A stretch of DNA of 63,468 nt, filler included, from Octopus bimaculoides (taxonomy: Eukaryota), in NCBI RefSeq assembly GCF_001194135.2. It is 7 parts of 7 records of this genome, joined end to end, with 100 filler letters (N's around TTAATTAATTAA, not from the genome) between each part and the next. Parts side by side here need not be neighbours in the genome. Positions count along the whole stretch, not along the records: positions 62,322 to 63,468 come from NC_068998.1; 6 more parts are not named here. One strand, written 5' to 3'. The translations under genes and the position numbers were made by a program. This document shows, one piece after another, positions 62,501 through 63,468 of this stretch (position 1 is the stretch's first letter; the number at the start of each line of letters is the position of its first letter). The notes beneath the pieces are model-generated. The model worked only from the letters and a program-made list of their open reading frames with translations. It was not told where the DNA came from and did not search any database.

Positions 62501-63059
62501 GGGAACGATACATTCGATTAAAAATTGTTGGCCGCAATCAAATGATTGATACAGGTGTGACATAAAAGATCGTATCAGTTGGTCATGCAAGTGAATCCAG
62601 CCGGAAAGTCTAATGACAGTAACTTCTGATATGGCAAAGGTATTTGCGAACTCTACCCCTTCCCCCGTTCCGTGACTCTCCTTGGAATAATGGGCGGAAA
62701 AGATGAATGGAAGGTTCACTTCTTGTGATCTTCCTGACCAGACTGAGTTAATACCGGGCGGAAATATAAGACCTTTAAGTAAGGGAAAATCAAAATCCAA
62801 ATAGTTCTGTTATGGTTTGAAACGGTTCCTGAGATACACCTAAAAACATGCTTTCTTTAACGTCTTCTAAACGCTTATGCTCCGCGCGTGCGCGCGTTTA
62901 TGTGCGTGTGTGTATCTGTGTGGGCGTGCGTGTGTGTGGAGTGGGTATATTAGTCTAAGCGAAATATACTGTGAAAATGAATCTCGATATACAGGTAGAT
63001 AGGTATGTTAATCGGGGTCGAAATATGGGGTCGAGAACAAACAATATATATATATATAT

Positions 63060-63116
<57 letters not shown>

Positions 63117-63329
63117 AGTAGAGAGAGAGAGAGAAATAGGTATAGATAGAAAGACAAACGGACAGACCGACAGATAGTTAGGGTTACATAGATAGATAGA
63201 TAAATAGACCTGTATATANNNNNNNNNNTACCGTATATACTATGTCTGTACTTTTGCATGCAGTATAAATTAAGGAAATAGAAGCACTTGTACAGAGAGA
63301 CATTATGTTGCTGTGGGCTCGAACTATGC

Positions 63330-63468
63330 AAGAAGTTAAAAATTGTTTTGACTAAAACACAACCGGGGTCCTAAGAAAGGCATGTGTAAAATTTGAATGA
63401 AATTGGTTGCGTAGTTCTGGAGTTTTAGGGATTCACACAGACACACAAACACAGACATACATTCTCAT
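63330..63468 (+). mobile_element. DINE-1/HINE-like 3' fragment cut by the window end
   Basis: AAATTTGAATGAAATTGGTTGCGTAGTTCTGGAGTTTTAG then (CA)-rich tract. Confidence 0.45.

Overview
AT-rich, microsatellite- and gap-riddled animal DNA. The SINE families and repeat landscape point to an octopus/coleoid cephalopod (inferred by recognition, not by search). I found no host protein-coding gene, rRNA, true tRNA or CRISPR array that I can support. Most long ORFs in the track cross N-gaps or microsatellites, and the recognisable ones are decayed transposon proteins. Supported content: two Penelope-like elements (PLEs; one Neptune-like at 21.5-23.1 kb, one Poseidon/Penelope-like at 52.9-54.2 kb), a Gypsy integrase plus LTR, an RLE-type and an RTE-type LINE fragment, several Tc1/mariner relics (including a 1.55-kb foldback), Helentron-associated (DINE-1/HINE-like) elements, MITEs, and dozens of tRNA-derived SINE copies from about five families (labelled A-E here). 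The most interesting signal is a set of type I hammerhead ribozyme motifs with palindromic stem III. One is near-intact (136-234). One lies in a 512-bp tandem retrozyme-like unit (27344-28010). One is a remnant at the Neptune-like 3' end (about 22974-23005). One lies downstream of a tRNA-like Pol III A/B-box cassette inside a PLE pseudo-LTR (53929-54157). Three of these elements abut (TA)n tracts, and such tracts are themselves carried inside a SINE family. Candidate host exons are reported at low confidence only.
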